Assembly: GCA_043801585.1 (NCBI GenBank)
Contig: JAZDLX010000196.1
Span: 1-49,222, forward strand
Source of the DNA: a bacterium
GTDB taxonomy: Bacteria > Electryoneota > Electryoneia > Electryoneales > Electryoneaceae
DNA: 49,222 nucleotides
Reading direction: 5' to 3'
Below the pieces are notes generated by a model. That model was not told the DNA's origin, ran no database searches, and saw nothing but the letters and a program-made list of their open reading frames with translations. Each line of letters begins with the position of its first letter. The stretch's first letter is position 1. Of this stretch, positions 9,361 through 18,276 are shown in pieces. Both the position numbers and the translations under genes were made by a program.

Positions 9361-10272
9361 ATGAAGATTTTAAAACCTGTACTGATTTGGATTCTTTCGG
9401 TCCTGCTCGCCAGCCTGATGATGGTCTATCAGCGAACGACCGGACCCACCTACCCTTACCACGGCAAGGCAATTATCGACGGCGAGAGCTACAGCTATCA
9501 ACTGCTCCGCTCTCACGAGTTGGCTCCCGACGAAAACGGGAGCCTCGACCACACTGTCCGCCTGGCTATTGAGGACACCGTGGTCACGGGTATCCTGTTT
9601 TTCAAGCGCCTGAGTATCGATGAACCCTTTACCGCGATCGCAATGGCACGCGATGGAGACGAGCTGGTCGCCACACTGCCCCATCAACCCGCCGCGGGCA
9701 AGCTGGTATACCATGTCACATTGAACCGGAGGGAAGAGACCGTTGACCTTCCCGCACCGGGAAAAACTGTGACCATTCGGTTCAAGGGGGCCGTACCCCT
9801 GGGCGTCCTGCTCCCTCACATTTTTGCGATGGTGCTGGTGATGATCTTCTCCGTGCGCGCCGCGCTCGCCGCACTGTTCAGGGAGAAAGTGCGTCCACTA
9901 GCGCTTGCCACCCTGATCATTCTCGTCGTCGGAGGCTTCATCCTCGGGCCGCTCGTACAGAAATTCGCCTTTAATGCCTACTGGACAGGATGGCCCTTCG
10001 GCGAGGACCTTACGGACAACAAGACCTTGACCGCTGTGATCGCCTGGGTGGTCGCGCTGATCATGCTGCGGGGACCGGACGGCGAAAAACGGGGACGCTG
10101 GTGGTCGGTGGTTGCCGCGATCGTTGTGTTGGCTGTGTACAGCATCCCCCACAGCATGGGTGGCAGTACCTTTGATTATTCCTCCGGACAGATTGTCACC
10201 GGCACCGGAGCAATCCCCGCCGAAACGGCTGCGCCGGCAGACACCGTCGAGCCTGCAATGCCTGTCAAATAG
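9361..10272 (+). CDS. Hypothetical integral membrane protein (N-terminal TM, soluble domain, ~5 C-terminal TMs)
   Basis: ATG 9361 with GGAGAAG RBS. Motif-like segments YQRTTGPTYP, LPHQPAAGKLVY, LPH, YWTGWPFGEDLTDNKT and IPHS. Confidence 0.82.
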   Translation: MKILKPVLIWILSVLLASLMMVYQRTTGPTYPYHGKAIIDGESYSYQLLRSHELAPDENGSLDHTVRLAIEDTVVTGILFFKRLSIDEPFTAIAMARDGDELVATLPHQPAAGKLVYHVTLNRREETVDLPAPGKTVTIRFKGAVPLGVLLPHIFAMVLVMIFSVRAALAALFREKVRPLALATLIILVVGGFILGPLVQKFAFNAYWTGWPFGEDLTDNKTLTAVIAWVVALIMLRGPDGEKRGRWWSVVAAIVVLAVYSIPHSMGGSTFDYSSGQIVTGTGAIPAETAAPADTVEPAMPVK

Positions 10273-10297
10273 TGAAAATCGTACCACGTTGACACAC

Positions 10298-10332
10298 AAC
10301 ACCTTCCGGATGACCGGGAGGTGTTTTTCTTT
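10298..10332 (+). terminator. Rho-independent terminator
   Basis: AACACCTTCCGG-ATGA-CCGGGAGGTGTT followed by TTTCTTT. Confidence 0.8.
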
Positions 10333-10427
10333 GAAACTCGTCACCCAGGATAAACGGGTGGAAGGGCGGTCTATTAATAATTGTAAATTCAATTGCTTTA
10401 ACATGTTAAATCTCTGCTGTCAAAATC

Positions 10428-10442
10428 TGGCATATCCATTGC
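10428..10442 (+). promoter_or_regulatory. Sigma54 (RpoN) -24/-12 promoter
   Basis: TGGCATATCCATTGC matches TGGCA-N6-TTGC with exact GG-N10-GC spacing. An AT-rich tract and the palindrome TTTAACATGTTAAA (10397-10410) lie just upstream. Confidence 0.7.
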
Positions 10443-10453
10443 CTTGTTTTTAT

Positions 10454-10615
10454 TGGAATTCTAACGGGCAGTCGAAGGTGTATTCGGTCTACCGGAGAGG
10501 AAAAATTGAACTCCGCCCGTAACGGTTCCGGGTGCAGATGCACCTCTCTCCGGATTTCATTTATGGGGCAAGCCCCGGACACGCGCATCAATGCTGGCGT
10601 CCGGGGTCTTTTCTT
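10454..10615 (+). ncRNA. Candidate sigma54-dependent small RNA or attenuated leader (~160 nt)
   Basis: Bounded by the sigma54 promoter and an intrinsic terminator. Contains several internal complementary segments and no complete ORF of 60 aa or more. Confidence 0.4.
10572..10615 (+). terminator. Rho-independent terminator
   Basis: GCCCCGGAC (10572-80) pairs with GTCCGGGGT (10599-607), followed by CTTTTCTT. Confidence 0.65.
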
Positions 10616-10722
10616 CCGTATTTCGCCCGTGAAAAGTGCGCTGTCACGCCCCCCACCCCACCCTATCTCCTTCGATTTCAACGGTACAAGCCACAATCCC
10701 GCGAATCCCTTCAAAAGGCCGC

Positions 10723-10751
10723 TTGACTCCACCGCTGAGCAGGGGTAGATT
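10723..10751 (+). promoter_or_regulatory. Sigma70-type promoter for the ferritin-like gene
   Basis: TTGACT-N17-TAGATT. Confidence 0.6.
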
Positions 10752-10851
10752 CGATAGTTCAATTTTGAAGCCAATCCGAAAGGCGGGCAGTATTGCGGAA
10801 GGTTGTTCGTTCTCCGCCATACACTTCACGTGCATAACAGGAGATGCAATC

Positions 10852-11340
10852 ATGGATGTATTCGACTTCGCCATGAAGATGGAACAGGACGGCGAAGCAT
10901 ACTACAGGAAGCTCGCCGCTGAAGCCAATAACAGCGGCCTGACAACCATCCTGACCTTTCTCGCCGATGAAGAGGTGAAACATTACAACATTTTCATGAA
11001 GCTGAAAGATGGAACGACCGCGGAACTTCCTGAGAGCACACTCCTCGCTGACGTGAAAAACATTTTCCAGGGACTCTCGGAGAAGAAGGAAGTGCCGTTC
11101 CAGTTTGATGCTTCCCAACCCCAATTCTATCGCAAAGCGCAGGATTTGGAGAAACAGTCAGAGATGTTCTACCGCGACAAAGCCGAGGAGACTGACAACG
11201 AAGCGGAGAAAGCTCTGATGCTGAAAATAGCGGACGAGGAAAAGCGTCATTATTTCATTCTCGAGAACATCATCGACTTCGTTCAGCACCCTCAACAGTG
11301 GATCGAAGACGCCGAGTGGAATAAACTTGGCGATTCCTGA
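10852..11340 (+). CDS. Ferritin-like/rubrerythrin-family diiron protein (no rubredoxin domain)
   Basis: Duplicated diiron motif (AMKMEQDGEAYY...LADEEVKH; AQDLEKQSEMFY...IADEEKRH); AGGAG RBS before ATG 10852. Confidence 0.9.
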   Translation: MDVFDFAMKMEQDGEAYYRKLAAEANNSGLTTILTFLADEEVKHYNIFMKLKDGTTAELPESTLLADVKNIFQGLSEKKEVPFQFDASQPQFYRKAQDLEKQSEMFYRDKAEETDNEAEKALMLKIADEEKRHYFILENIIDFVQHPQQWIEDAEWNKLGDS

Positions 11341-11386
11341 TTTTCGCCTATAGTCGGAAGTTCGGGTAGAGATATAAAGAACTGAT

Positions 11387-11418
11387 AAAAGCCCGCCAGA
11401 CGGCGGGCTTCCGTTTTT
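11387..11418. terminator. Probable bidirectional rho-independent terminator
   Basis: AAAA-GCCCGCC-AGAC-GGCGGGC-TTCCGTTTTT, giving a T-tail on both strands. Confidence 0.75.
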
Positions 11419-11792
11419 ATTCTCACGGTTTACCACCTTTTTCCCGAACCTCGACAGAGGTTCGGGAAGAGTGCTCTCCTGCCGGTTGACCGTCCCACAA
11501 GGGGATCAGAAAGAACCTGCGCAACTCGCCGGACTGCATTCGCAACCAGACCCACTGAGAGCTAATCGGTGCATCCGTGTTGACGAGTTTTCCAGAGTCA
11601 TGGATGCAACCGGAGCCATTTTCGGCCACCTGAAGAAGAGTGAACATGTGTTCATGTTACGGGCGCAGGAGTCACCCCCGCAAGTCCTCTCCCTGGCGTC
11701 GTCACTCTGCTCCTGCAAGCCGCTCCGCTCGCCTTGCACTCTGCCGGCTGAAGGCGGTACTCTGGCGCGCAACGGTGAACCCTGAGGTCGAC

Positions 11793-12233
11793 ATGAACCC
11801 CTCCCTGGATATGACACCGAGCGTTTCCGTGGCGGCTGGACTGATCTGGCGCCAGGATGGCTGTCTGCTCGTCTCGCAGCGCCCGGCTGGCGGAGCGCAC
11901 GCCGGGGAGTGGGAACTTCCGGGGGGGAAGATTGAACCCGGCGAAACCCCGCCGCAGGCTCTGGTGCGCGAGATTGAGGAGGAGTTGGGGATTCTTGTCG
12001 AAGCCGGACCCGAATTTGGCAGGGTGGTTCATGATTACCCCACACTTCGTGTCACGCTGATCGGGATGCACGCCCGGTATACCACAGGAGAACCGCTCAA
12101 GCTGGGTGTTGCGGATTTTCGCTGGATCCATCCCGGTGAACTTCCCGGCCTGCAATTTCCCGAGGCCAATGCCCGTCTTTTCGGATTTCCCTGGCAAACG
12201 CCTCCCGACAAGTGGGGGATTCTACCCACCTGA
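11793..12233 (+). CDS. Nudix hydrolase, MutT/NudG-like (d)NTP pyrophosphohydrolase
   Basis: Nudix box GEWELPGGKIEPGETPPQALVREIEEELG; VAAGLI and HDYP. Start ATG 11793 after GAGGT; possible promoter TTGCAC-N18-TACTCT at 11734-11763. Confidence 0.9.
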   Translation: MNPSLDMTPSVSVAAGLIWRQDGCLLVSQRPAGGAHAGEWELPGGKIEPGETPPQALVREIEEELGILVEAGPEFGRVVHDYPTLRVTLIGMHARYTTGEPLKLGVADFRWIHPGELPGLQFPEANARLFGFPWQTPPDKWGILPT

Positions 12234-12265
12234 AGCTTTAAAAACAGGACTTTGAAGGAGGTGTT

Positions 12266-13213
12266 TCAGAACGACGATTCATATTCGAGCTGGATATCTT
12301 TTGCGAGGCTTTCCGACGAAGCGGAGCCGTCCAGCCACGATAACTGGGGATAACGGCGGAACCATGTAAGCTGGCGTTTGGCGTACCGGCGTGTGTTTTT
12401 CTCTATCGCTTCGCGGACCTCCTCCAGAGACGGCAATCGGCTCTCGTACCAATCGATGACTTCCTTATAACCGACGCTTTTCAGAGCGTTGGCGTCGCGG
12501 TATCCCCGATCCAGCAGGCCACGCACCTCGCGCACCAGGCCACGATTCAGCATCTCCCCAACACGGCAGTCGATCCGTTCGTAGAGGGATTTTCGGTTGT
12601 GCTCAAGACCAAACCAGAGTGTCTTGAAGCCTGCGGCGCTTCGTTTCCGTTCGTGCAGAGAACTGAACGGTTCTTCTGCAACCAGGCTTACCTCCAAGGC
12701 ACGAAGAATTCGCTGTCTGTCATTCTTTCTTGTTTTTTCTGCATATACGGGATCTAACGTTATTAGCTCTTTGTACAAAATGTCCAATCCCTCCTGGTCC
12801 GCACGTTTTTCCAGCTCCATGCGCAGGTCATCATCTTTAGTGTCAGCCCCTGAAAAGAACCCCTCAACGAGCGCCTCGAGATAGAGACCGCTCCCCCCAA
12901 CGACAATGACCGCTCGCCCACGTTTCCGGATCTCCGAAATCCACCCCCTCGCCTCTTCGGCGTAGCGTCCCGCACTGTACCGTTCGTCCGGATCAACGAC
13001 ATCGAGCCCCCAGTGTGGCACCTCCTCGCGCTCCGAGGGAAGGGGTTTTGCTGTGCCGATGTCCATGTAGCGATACACCTGTCGGCTGTCCGCAGAGACG
13101 ATTTCCCCCCCAAGGAGATGCGCCAGCGCAAGCGAGGCCGAAGATTTGCCCGACGCGGTCGGGCCGACGATCAGGATGACCGGAGGCTGGCTGGGGGTGT
13201 CAGGCGCATGCAT
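12266..13213 (-). CDS. miaA: tRNA dimethylallyltransferase
   Basis: GPTASGKS, SADSRQVYRYMDIGTAKP, VGGSGLY and TRRYAKRQLTWFR. Confidence 0.97.
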   Translation of the reverse strand: MHAPDTPSQPPVILIVGPTASGKSSASLALAHLLGGEIVSADSRQVYRYMDIGTAKPLPSEREEVPHWGLDVVDPDERYSAGRYAEEARGWISEIRKRGRAVIVVGGSGLYLEALVEGFFSGADTKDDDLRMELEKRADQEGLDILYKELITLDPVYAEKTRKNDRQRILRALEVSLVAEEPFSSLHERKRSAAGFKTLWFGLEHNRKSLYERIDCRVGEMLNRGLVREVRGLLDRGYRDANALKSVGYKEVIDWYESRLPSLEEVREAIEKNTRRYAKRQLTWFRRYPQLSWLDGSASSESLAKDIQLEYESSF

Positions 13214-13216
13214 GGT

Positions 13217-15220
13217 TCACTCCCGTCCGAAGAGCCGGTGGATCTCGGATAGTGTAAAGTTGACGACAACCGGACGGCCGTGGGGACAGACGAAGGGATA
13301 CTGTGTTGTGAACAGCTCGTCGATGAGGGCGTTCATCTCCTCGAGGCTGAGGACATCCCCCGCCTTGATTGCCGCTTTGCACGCGAAGGACGCCGCAAGA
13401 CTCTCCTCAGGATGGACACGGATCTGATGTTCCTGGCGGTAATCCGCGATGATCGCCCGCAGAAGCCTCTCCTCGCCCTTCACTTTCACCCTCGAGGGAA
13501 CCGCGCGAATCACCCAGTCCGTGCCGCCGAAGGGTTCCACCTGGAACCCCATCCGCAACAGCCCCGGCGCGATTTCCTCGAGCAGAGCGGAATCAGCGGG
13601 ATCAAGCTTGACGGTCACGGGAAAAAGCAGCACCTGCCCCGCCCAGGGTTTTTCCTGCATCGCTGCGAGCGCTTTCTCGAATAAGATTCGCTCGTGGGCG
13701 ACATGCTGGTCGATGATCACCAGTCCACTCTTTGTCTGGCTGAAAATATAGGTGCGGTGCACCTGCCAGACGTTGATCCTCTCTCCGCCGGGAGTCGCCG
13801 CCTGGATCGAGCCTCCCTGCTCCGCTTCGTGGGGCAGGATCATCCTCGTGTGTGAATCAAGAGCGTAGGTCGGGGCACTCGCTTCTCCGGTACCTGCTCC
13901 CGGTTCCTGAACACGGATTCCGCTCTCGGCAGCTTCAGCCTCGTGAAGCGATTTTCCGCGCTGATAAAGACGTTCTCCGACCTCCGGAGGTGGCGGAACC
14001 ACCTGCTCATGGACGCTCCTTCCCCCTTCGCCGGGCTGACTGCCGACCCCAGCATTCTGTATTTGAGGGTGACGACCGAAAAGGAGCTGCAGGTCACGAA
14101 GGCCGTCCTGCGTACGCTGTGCGACATCCCCGAACCCAAACCGCGCCGTCACCGGACTTCCACCGCTCGAGGCGGAAATCCCCAGTGCACCCCGCACCGC
14201 GACGAGCACGGACCGGTATGCGAGGCTCTCGTCGCGAAAGCGGATTTCGTGTTTTGCCGGGTGAACGTTGACGTCGAACTCCTCGGGGGCAAGGCGAAGA
14301 TTCAGCATGTAAAAGGGAACCCTTCCCGGTTCGATCAGCGGGCCGTATCCGTTGACCACGGCGTGGTGAAGGGATGAGTTCTGGAAGGGGCGGCGGTTGA
14401 TAAAGAGATATTGATCGCCACGTGTTCGTTTGAACAGGTCAACGCCACCGACCACCCCGCCGACAAAGATGTCTCCGCTGCGGCTTTCCACTGGGTGCAC
14501 CTGTCCCGCGGCATCATCTCCAAAGAGCTGGGCGATCCTACCCTTCAGGTCAGTTGGCTGCAGCAACCACACGTTTTTTTCGTCACGCAGCAGTTCCCAG
14601 GTCAATTCCGGATAGGCGAGTGCGTACTGACGGAATACAGAAACCACACGTCCGTACTCGGTGGCGGGTGTGCGTAAAAACTTTCGTCTCGCCGGGACGT
14701 TGAAGAACAGCGAGCGAACCTTCACCGTCGTCCCCCGTTCACGGGGCGCGGGTTCCGGCGCACGCGATTTTCCCCCTTCGACACGATAACGATAGCCCGA
14801 ATCCCGATCCTCCCGACGTGACACAACGTCAATACGGGCAACGCTTGCAATGGAGGGCAGGGCCTCCCCGCGAAACCCGAGGTGGAGAATGTGGTCAAGA
14901 TCCTCGGCGCTGTAAATTTTCGACGTCGCATGGCGGCGAAACGCCAACTCCATGTCCTCAGCATCCATCCCAAAGCCGTCATCAGACACGATGATTTCAT
15001 CCAGTCCCGCCTGCTTGACCGCTACGGTTATCCGGGCCGCTTCCGCGTCCAAGGCGTTTTCAATTAATTCCTTGACCACGGACGCCGGACGTTCCACGAC
15101 CTCTCCCGCCGCGATACGGTTCGCTACTCCCTCGGGGAGCACATGAATCGTTTTGCGCGGAAGCAGCAGCGCCGTGCCACCGGAGGGCTGGATGGGGGGC
15201 GTGTCAGCGGGGGACTTCAA
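13217..15220 (-). CDS. mutL: DNA mismatch repair endonuclease MutL (start uncertain)
   Basis: IAAGEVVERPASVVKELIENALDA, GFRGEALPSI, DVNVHPAK, endonuclease motif DQHVAHERILFE, ACKAA and CPHGRP. Confidence 0.97.
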   Translation of the reverse strand: MKSPADTPPIQPSGGTALLLPRKTIHVLPEGVANRIAAGEVVERPASVVKELIENALDAEAARITVAVKQAGLDEIIVSDDGFGMDAEDMELAFRRHATSKIYSAEDLDHILHLGFRGEALPSIASVARIDVVSRREDRDSGYRYRVEGGKSRAPEPAPRERGTTVKVRSLFFNVPARRKFLRTPATEYGRVVSVFRQYALAYPELTWELLRDEKNVWLLQPTDLKGRIAQLFGDDAAGQVHPVESRSGDIFVGGVVGGVDLFKRTRGDQYLFINRRPFQNSSLHHAVVNGYGPLIEPGRVPFYMLNLRLAPEEFDVNVHPAKHEIRFRDESLAYRSVLVAVRGALGISASSGGSPVTARFGFGDVAQRTQDGLRDLQLLFGRHPQIQNAGVGSQPGEGGRSVHEQVVPPPPEVGERLYQRGKSLHEAEAAESGIRVQEPGAGTGEASAPTYALDSHTRMILPHEAEQGGSIQAATPGGERINVWQVHRTYIFSQTKSGLVIIDQHVAHERILFEKALAAMQEKPWAGQVLLFPVTVKLDPADSALLEEIAPGLLRMGFQVEPFGGTDWVIRAVPSRVKVKGEERLLRAIIADYRQEHQIRVHPEESLAASFACKAAIKAGDVLSLEEMNALIDELFTTQYPFVCPHGRPVVVNFTLSEIHRLFGRE

Positions 15221-15521
15221 TCATTACCTCGGTAGTATCTGTCGGTACGGCATCGTCGGCTGTCAGGGTTACCTTTGCCCCGCCCCAACGATCTGAAAAA
15301 CCGTATTTTAACGAAATAATCAGGACTGCGATAATCAACGTGATCGCCAACAGGATCCATGGGCTTTGGATGTCTCTCCGATGCGAGGGTGTACGCCAGG
15401 GGGATTTGTCGAAACTGATTCTCTCCTTTCGATCGGAATCCTTTTTCGGATCGTAATAAAGAGGCGTGTAGTTGAACGACCGTGGCCTGATTTTACGCCC
15501 TAAGAGATTGCCCAACAACAT
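15204..15521 (-). CDS. Small hypothetical membrane protein
   Basis: Tightly coupled between dacB and mutL; RPRSFNYTPLYYDP motif followed by one TM helix. Confidence 0.75.
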   Translation of the reverse strand: MLLGNLLGRKIRPRSFNYTPLYYDPKKDSDRKERISFDKSPWRTPSHRRDIQSPWILLAITLIIAVLIISLKYGFSDRWGGAKVTLTADDAVPTDTTEVMIEVPR

Positions 15522-15524
15522 TGG

Positions 15525-16982
15525 TCACTCCTTCCCGTTGCAACGAAGCGCCAGCTCGGCGATAAATGCGTCGATGAATGGGTTCGGTTGAATGGGACTG
15601 TTGTTAACCATGACAACAAAAGCCAGCTTCGGTTCGCCGTTCTGCAGAATGTAGCCCGCCAGACTGCGGTTTCGTGATACGCTGCCGGTCTTGGCAATAA
15701 CGAGATCTTTTACATCCTCCAGCCTGTCCTCAAGTGTACTGTAAAGTTCTCCAGGCTTTACAAACAACCCTGTCCATCGATCTCCCCAGCGGTTTTTCGC
15801 TTCGATCAGCAGATCGAGCAGGGTCATGGCGGTCAGATTGTTCGCTCGCGCCATACCGCAGGCATCCACAGCCCGCAGGCCGCGAGGGTCTACTTCCAGC
15901 GAATCGAGCGCTTCGGGCCAGAGCGGTTCTGCGGGGCGTACACCACGTATCACGGAGTTGGCCGTTGCCGCGATCTGTTCCGCCCAGCCGTTACTCGAGA
16001 CAGCCAGCATCGATTTCAACACACTGTCGAGGGGAGCGCTCCGCAGTGAGAGGATCTCCCGGAAACTCTCGACGCTGAATCCCTCCGCTTTAATGACACG
16101 GGTGCTGTCGCCACCCTCGATACCCGCTTTTCTCAGGCTGATCCTGAACGCATCCACAGCGAGGATACGCGGGTCGGGCACAGCCAGGTAACCCGCTTTG
16201 TTCATTCCTGGCCAGAGCGGGTCGCCGAGCCATTCCGGGGGAGTTTCCGGATTCGGAGACCACGAGCTCTCTGCAGGTAATTCGAGGGGTCGTACACGTC
16301 CAGCAGTGAAGTCTTCGCTCCACATCCTTTTATCCGGCCAAAGCCCGAACGTTAACGTATCGCCAAGCATCCCCGCCCACGAGGTGACCACCCCATCATT
16401 CCACATCAACTGGCTTATCACTGGGGCGTACCGGTAAATCAGGTCGCCCGCTTCCCACCCTCCGGGGGTGAACAGGTCGCCAACTCCAACAAGGTTCCCT
16501 TCGATTCGCTGTATCCCTTGTTCCGAAAGATGTTTTGCGGCCTCATCAAACCGTCTCCAAGGCCAGTCCGAGTAGGGAAAATCACCGGAGAGCGAGGGGT
16601 CCCAGCCACCCAGAAGGATCAGGTCGCCCTTGAGTACGCCATCCTCGATGGGTCCGCTGGCAAGGATCCGGGTCTCCCATCGGTAGTCCGGGGGAAGCCG
16701 AAGCAGAACGTCCGCGGTGAGCCCCAGTTTCTGGACGGAAACGGGCACCATCAGGCGGCTGGCATCGTGAAGGAAAAGGTTTTTGCCGTTCATGTTGGAG
16801 ATAGCGATCGCCACCGTGGCTCCCTGTGATTCCAGGGAATCGATGATCGCCCGTTCCGCCAGAGCGGCGATGGCCCGGGTATTGCCCACCGATGTCCTCT
16901 CGGGCCGAAGCGCTCCACTTTGGCTCGCGCAACCCACGACAAAAACGGAGAAAAGCGTCAGTGCAGTCAATAATCTCGTCAT
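15525..16982 (-). CDS. dacB: D-alanyl-D-alanine carboxypeptidase/endopeptidase (PBP4, peptidase S13), lipoprotein
   Basis: SxxK (SVQK), SxN (SSN) and KTG motifs; GDLILLGGWDP; lipobox VVGC after MTRLL (the start could be further upstream). Confidence 0.9.
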   Translation of the reverse strand: MTRLLTALTLFSVFVVGCASQSGALRPERTSVGNTRAIAALAERAIIDSLESQGATVAIAISNMNGKNLFLHDASRLMVPVSVQKLGLTADVLLRLPPDYRWETRILASGPIEDGVLKGDLILLGGWDPSLSGDFPYSDWPWRRFDEAAKHLSEQGIQRIEGNLVGVGDLFTPGGWEAGDLIYRYAPVISQLMWNDGVVTSWAGMLGDTLTFGLWPDKRMWSEDFTAGRVRPLELPAESSWSPNPETPPEWLGDPLWPGMNKAGYLAVPDPRILAVDAFRISLRKAGIEGGDSTRVIKAEGFSVESFREILSLRSAPLDSVLKSMLAVSSNGWAEQIAATANSVIRGVRPAEPLWPEALDSLEVDPRGLRAVDACGMARANNLTAMTLLDLLIEAKNRWGDRWTGLFVKPGELYSTLEDRLEDVKDLVIAKTGSVSRNRSLAGYILQNGEPKLAFVVMVNNSPIQPNPFIDAFIAELALRCNGKE

Positions 16983-17201
16983 GCGTGGACCCATTATTGC
17001 TGAAACCAAAGCCCTGTCCTCCACGTCTGTCAGGACCCCAATATAGGCACCCCAGTTTCATCCTGTGGCGACCGACGGACGTTTCAACTGACCCCGCGTG
17101 TCTGCCAACACCGTGAAATCAACGTTGTACAGAACCATTAGACGCCCTATTTTCGTTATGAAGCAGAAGAATAAAGTTGAAAAAACAGTCTTGATTATAC
17201 G

Positions 17202-17606
17202 ATGAATCCGCCTGAAAGCGAAAACAGCGACCAACCGCACTGATTGTGGATGATGAGTACGATGTGCGCGAAATACTGTCCGAGGCGTTGAAAACCTATA
17301 AGTTTGATATCATTCTTGCTGCTGACGGCGAGGAGGCATGGGATCTCTTCCAGAAGAACGATCCGCATCTGATTATCTCAGATACTTACATGCTGAAGAA
17401 AAATGGTCTTATGTTATTAAAACAGATCAAATGAGGTGGCTCCGCGCCGGACGGTGATTCTGATGACGGGATATCAGCATTACAAACAACTGATCGAAAC
17501 CGAGGCGCACCCACCGGACGGGTTTCTCAATAAACCGTTTCGTATCGAAGACCTTTACGCAATAATCACCGAGGCAATCATGAACGCCAGCTATCGAGCC
17601 GGGTAG
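17202..17606 (+). pseudogene. Single-domain response regulator (receiver), broken by two frameshifts
   Basis: The ATG 17202 frame stops at 17241. The receiver N-half (ALIVDDE...IISD..M..NG) is in another frame and ends at TGA 17432-34. The C-half (VILMTG...GFLNKPF) resumes at 17433 and stops at 17606. Confidence 0.75.
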
Positions 17607-17642
17607 GGGGATTGTTACTGAACGTCAACAAGGAGTATCAGT

Positions 17643-18230
17643 ATGCCATCTGAAGCGAATGCCGGACTGAAAACAGAAGGGCAGATCCCCGGTCTCTCGA
17701 TCCGTGATATGATCTCCCTGGCGACCCGCCAGCTCAGCGCCTCTTCACGACCGGTCGACAACGGCTTTTGCATCGCTATTCGCAACTACTCGACCAACCA
17801 GTCGATCAATGTCAACCTCACGAAATCCGATGTGGGGCTTGGCACCAACCTGAAGATCGAGATCGAAAAGTTGAAAGAGAGCGAAAAGATCGCTGTCGTC
17901 AATCTTCTCAACATCGAGCACCTTTACGTGACCTGGGAATCGAAGGGGATGATCTCGTTCTGCTATGCGGGAGATGGCCGTTTCAAACTGGTCAACGTTA
18001 CGACGGAATCAGGGGTCAACGTCCTTGAAGACATTGACCGGCGAACCCGTCCGCAGAAAGACGAAGAGATGAGCGAATCCCAGCGTCGCGCCCAGAGTCA
18101 ACGACGCATTTTCTACCATATTGGCACACTCTTCGACCGTGTCGTTGCCCACGACCCGACCAAACCGCTCGAAGGTTCCGTCGAAGCCGAGGCCGGACCT
18201 GCTCCGCCCGAAGAAGAGCCCATGGTCTGA
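17643..18230 (+). CDS. Hypothetical protein
   Basis: AAGGAG RBS, coding-like codon usage, no recognisable motif. Confidence 0.75.
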   Translation: MPSEANAGLKTEGQIPGLSIRDMISLATRQLSASSRPVDNGFCIAIRNYSTNQSINVNLTKSDVGLGTNLKIEIEKLKESEKIAVVNLLNIEHLYVTWESKGMISFCYAGDGRFKLVNVTTESGVNVLEDIDRRTRPQKDEEMSESQRRAQSQRRIFYHIGTLFDRVVAHDPTKPLEGSVEAEAGPAPPEEEPMV

Positions 18231-18276
18231 CGAGGCCACGAATCGCTTCCACCAAAAGGTTCTACCGGGAGAAAAC

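Noticed and set aside
11411..11790. Match to tmRNA, RNase P, SRP, TPP, SAM, cobalamin or glycine riboswitch
   Set aside because: The diagnostic consensus elements were not found on either strand, so it is retained only as an unnamed structured candidate.
12266..17024. dacB-hypothetical-mutL-miaA gene run
   Set aside because: mutL-miaA adjacency preceded by a cell-wall hydrolase gene is a well-known ordinary arrangement.
17432..17434. TGA in the receiver gene as possible selenocysteine or readthrough
   Set aside because: The in-frame continuation is not receiver-like; the missing half is in another frame.
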